NCBI RefSeq assembly: GCF_032191835.1
Contig: NC_083236.1
Span: 43,586,001-43,650,000 of the forward strand
From: Heteronotia binoei
Taxonomy: Eukaryota
DNA: 64,000 bases
Direction: 5' to 3'
Position numbers and translations under genes: made by a program. The notes beneath the pieces were generated by a model that saw only the letters and a list, made by a program, of their open reading frames with translations, was not told the DNA's origin and did no database searches. Shown here in pieces: positions 60,954 through 64,000 of this stretch. Every line of letters begins with the position of its first letter. Positions within the stretch are counted from its first letter, which is position 1.

Positions 60954-62138
60954 GTCAGGAGGAATCTAGAAGGCTGGTGGTTCTTATCCTGTGTTGTCCA
61001 GCCCATAAGTTAAGTTTCTTCTCACAAGCTCTCTGTGCCCTGCCTTCACAGGTGAGGTAAATTGTAACCAAAAACAGGACTTTTTTTTTCATTGTGACCG
61101 AGGAATGTCCTTCCTTGAGACTTGCTTGGTGTTTAGTACTTTTTTTTTTTTTAGACACCAGGCCAAAACATTTATTTTTACCCAGACTTCTGAGTAATGG
61201 GTTTGATCTTTTAAAAATTATTTTTCTCAGTTTGCTTCTATTCTGTGGACTGGTTTCCTGAGGATCATTTGGGGTTGCTAAATCTGTTGTGCTGTTTCTG
61301 TGCTCTGATTAGGTTTTAATGGTTGGATTTTATGGCAGAATGTTTAATATTTAGTTAACTTTAATTATTTGTATGTTATTTTGTGATTTTTACCACATTT
61401 TACTTTGAATAGCACCTTAAGAAGTTCTTCCAGTGAGGTATGGCAGACATTTTTGAAATACATCCATAAACAGGCTCCAGCACAAGGCTAACAGCTAAGG
61501 CTCCTTGAGCAAAGCTCAATTATGAAATATTCAGTTTGTGTTGGAAGACCCTCAAAGACAAAACACACATGCCAGAATTTCATTTAAAAAAATAGGCAAG
61601 CAGCACAGCCTTCATTTTAATTGCCCCCTGTTATGAACTGGCTTTCCGCTTGTCTTCAGACACCGTCTCCAATCCATATTCATGAAAGAAAGCAAAGGGA
61701 AAGAAAGCATCATCAGTTTCCAAGTGGTGGATTTGGATTAATTATTTACCCCATTAACCTCTAGTAATTTATAACAAGCTGTCATATCATTAACACTATA
61801 AGTCAATAACTGTTGTCAGTATGCCTCCAACCCTATGTTCACAGTGTCCTCAAACTTCGGGGGAGACTAAGCTGATTAATGGGACATTTGCAGTTGTAGC
61901 AATATTTATAAATGTGCACTTGGCATTCTGGTGGGTGATCATCTTTGGTTGAGTTCCATGCCTTTCCTCCTTATATTGGTTTTTAATAGAACGCTTACTA
62001 AGCAATGAGCTTTACAGGGGATGAACTTCATTCTGTCTTACGATACAAATGGTACCAAAGAATCAAATATTTATAGTTAATTTGCTTTTTCAAAGGAACA
62101 TTTGATCCCTGAATCCATTTTTAAATAGAACCATGTAT

Positions 62139-62411
62139 GAAGAAGAAGACCATAGATTTATACCCTGCCCTTCTCTCTGAATCAGTCTCAGAGTGGCCTA
62201 CAAACTCCTTTATCTTCTTTCCCCACAACAAACACTTTGTGAGGTTGGCAGGGCTGAGAGAGCTCTCACAGCAGCTGCCCTTTCAAGGACAACTCCTGTG
62301 ATAGCTATGGCTGACCCAAGGCCATTCCAGCAGCTGCAAGTGGAGGAGTGGGGGAATCAAACCCCGTTCTCCCAGACAAGAGTCTGCACACTTAACCACT
62401 ACACTAAACTG
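62139..62411 (-). mobile_element. Squam3 SINE, full length
   Basis: Family match to 32611-32880. Confidence 0.9.
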
Positions 62412-63080
62412 AAAGTAGTCAATAAAGCCACACATAATGTATATCTTGCAGAAATAGGTTGCCAATTCCAGCTTGAGAATTCTCGGAAATTTGGGGGAGG
62501 AGCCTGGGGAGGAGAGAAAGCTCAGCAGAGATGTAGCTCCATAAAGACTGCCCTTTGGAGCGGCCGTTTCCTCCAAGGGAACTGATCTCTGGAGATCAGT
62601 TGTAATCCTGGAAGAACTCCAGGTCTACCTTGAGAATGGCAACCCTTTGCAGAAAACACTTTGCAATAGAGTCAATGGTACAGTGCATTGTGGCAAGTGT
62701 GGCTAGTTGGTAGTTTTTGGGTAACATCCAGCCTGCAAAGTAGTTTCATTGGACTCACAGTTACCTAAGCAATTTAGGTATGCTTTTGAGTAGCATTAAC
62801 AGGCAAGAACATATTGAAATAATTGCATTGCTTCCCTAGTTCCACCCACCCACCCTGGGCTAATTTTAAGTGCTGGATTTGGCCTGTCAAGCCCTAAATG
62901 CCCCTTGAATCCACTTTAGATCAGACAATGGCTTGAACTCATGACACTGCTTTGAACTGAGGCAGACGTTGGTCTATCAAGGTCTTATGGTCTGAGCTGC
63001 CTGCCATTCTGGTCTTCTTTAACTGGCAGAGGGTCTCCTGAGTCTTAGGGAGAGGTCTTTCACATCATATAATACATAAT

Positions 63081-63261
63081 CAGGGCTTTTTCTGTAGAAG
63101 GAATTCATTTGCATATTAGGCCACACCCTCTGATGTAGCCAGTCCTCCTGGAGCTTACAGTAGTCCCTGTACTAAGAGCCTTGTAAATTCTTGGAGGATT
63201 GGCTACATTAGTAGGGTATAGCCTAATATGCAAAGAAGTTCCTGTTGCAAAAAAAGCCCTG
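63081..63261. mobile_element. Palindromic hAT MITE (octamer family)
   Basis: CAGGGC...GCCCTG termini; TSD TACATAAT/TATATAAT. Confidence 0.88.
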
Positions 63262-63647
63262 TATATAATCCCATTTAATGAGACATTCCAGCTTCTGAAA
63301 CTAGGTCTTTCTGTATATAAAGAAAATGCTGTCCCAATAAGTCATAGTATATCTCTAATGGACAATCTTGCCTCTCCAGTTGTAACCAGTGGTAAGTTTC
63401 AGACCGCTTCCTAAATAGACCCATGTAGAGTGCACTGCAGTAGTCTAACTTAGATGTAATCAGTTTTTAGTCAACGGTGACCAGATCAAAAATTAGCAAT
63501 AATGTCATTAGAACCCACCATATTAACTAATGCTGATAGCTTAATTTCATTTGTAAGTGAATGTGGTGTGATGGTTAGAGTGTCCGACTAGAATCTGGAA
63601 GATCCAGGTTCAAAGCCCTATGTTTTATGAGGAAGGTCACTGGGTTA

Positions 63648-63795
63648 CACTGTGCTTTCACACAAGCAAAATAATGCACTTTCAAAGCATCTTTACGATC
63701 ATTTGGAAGTATATCCTGCCATTTCACACAGTAAAAGCCAGTTGCAAAGTACACTAAAAATGGATTGGAAGTGCATTATTCAGTAAGTGTGAAAG
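63648..63795. mobile_element. Degenerate Harbinger-like palindromic MITE inside a Squam3/MIR-like SINE (~63563-63905)
   Basis: AAATAATGCACTTTC...GAAGTGCATTATT arms; SINE head GTGGTGTGATGGTTAGAG lies upstream. Confidence 0.6.
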
Positions 63796-64000
63796 TGCTT
63801 CCTGTCTCAGCCAAAGCTACTTAAAACTCTGTTGTTGAACAAAAATCTGACTAAACTATGCATGTCGCAGTAAGCTCTTTGGGAGCAGTGTGGGATAAAA
63901 ATGGACTAGATGCAATAGCAAACTTTCTTTTTGAATTGCATAGTGTTTTCCAAAAGCCTGTGCACAGATTTCCAACCTTTGAAATGTTTACATTTTCGTT

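Noticed and set aside
1-64000. Endogenous viral element, autonomous transposase or Fanzor-like gene
   Set aside because: No ORF in the six-frame track shows viral, DDE-transposase or RuvC motifs. All long recognisable ORFs are CR1, L2 or BovB fragments. Highly decayed relics cannot be excluded without TBLASTN.

Overview
Vertebrate (squamate, most likely gecko) genomic DNA. It is repeat-dense and almost entirely non-coding, with one 240-N assembly gap (41671-41910). The only host coding sequence I recognise is the first coding exon of CFAP300/C11orf70 (752-867, + strand). It lies in a CpG island with an RFX X-box just upstream. I could not find CFAP300 exons 2-7, or exons of its usual neighbours (CEP126, ANGPTL5, YAP1), in the remaining 63 kb. 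The rest is a layered transposon landscape: several non-autonomous hAT families with 8-bp TSDs, palindromic Harbinger-like MITEs with 3-bp TSDs, Squam3/MIR-like, Sauria, tRNA-Ala-type and 5S-derived SINEs, fragments of CR1, L2, L1, BovB/RTE and Penelope, and one solo LTR. Between these are TE-free blocks that look like conserved non-coding or enhancer DNA. The main leads are the orphan CFAP300 exon 1 with nearby cryptic exons, MITE families carrying composite TF motifs (octamer+CACCC; CpG-decayed ETS-CRE), and many long fold-back elements. I did not find a convincing novel protein-coding system. Family names were assigned from memory and from TIR/TSD structure, not from database searches.
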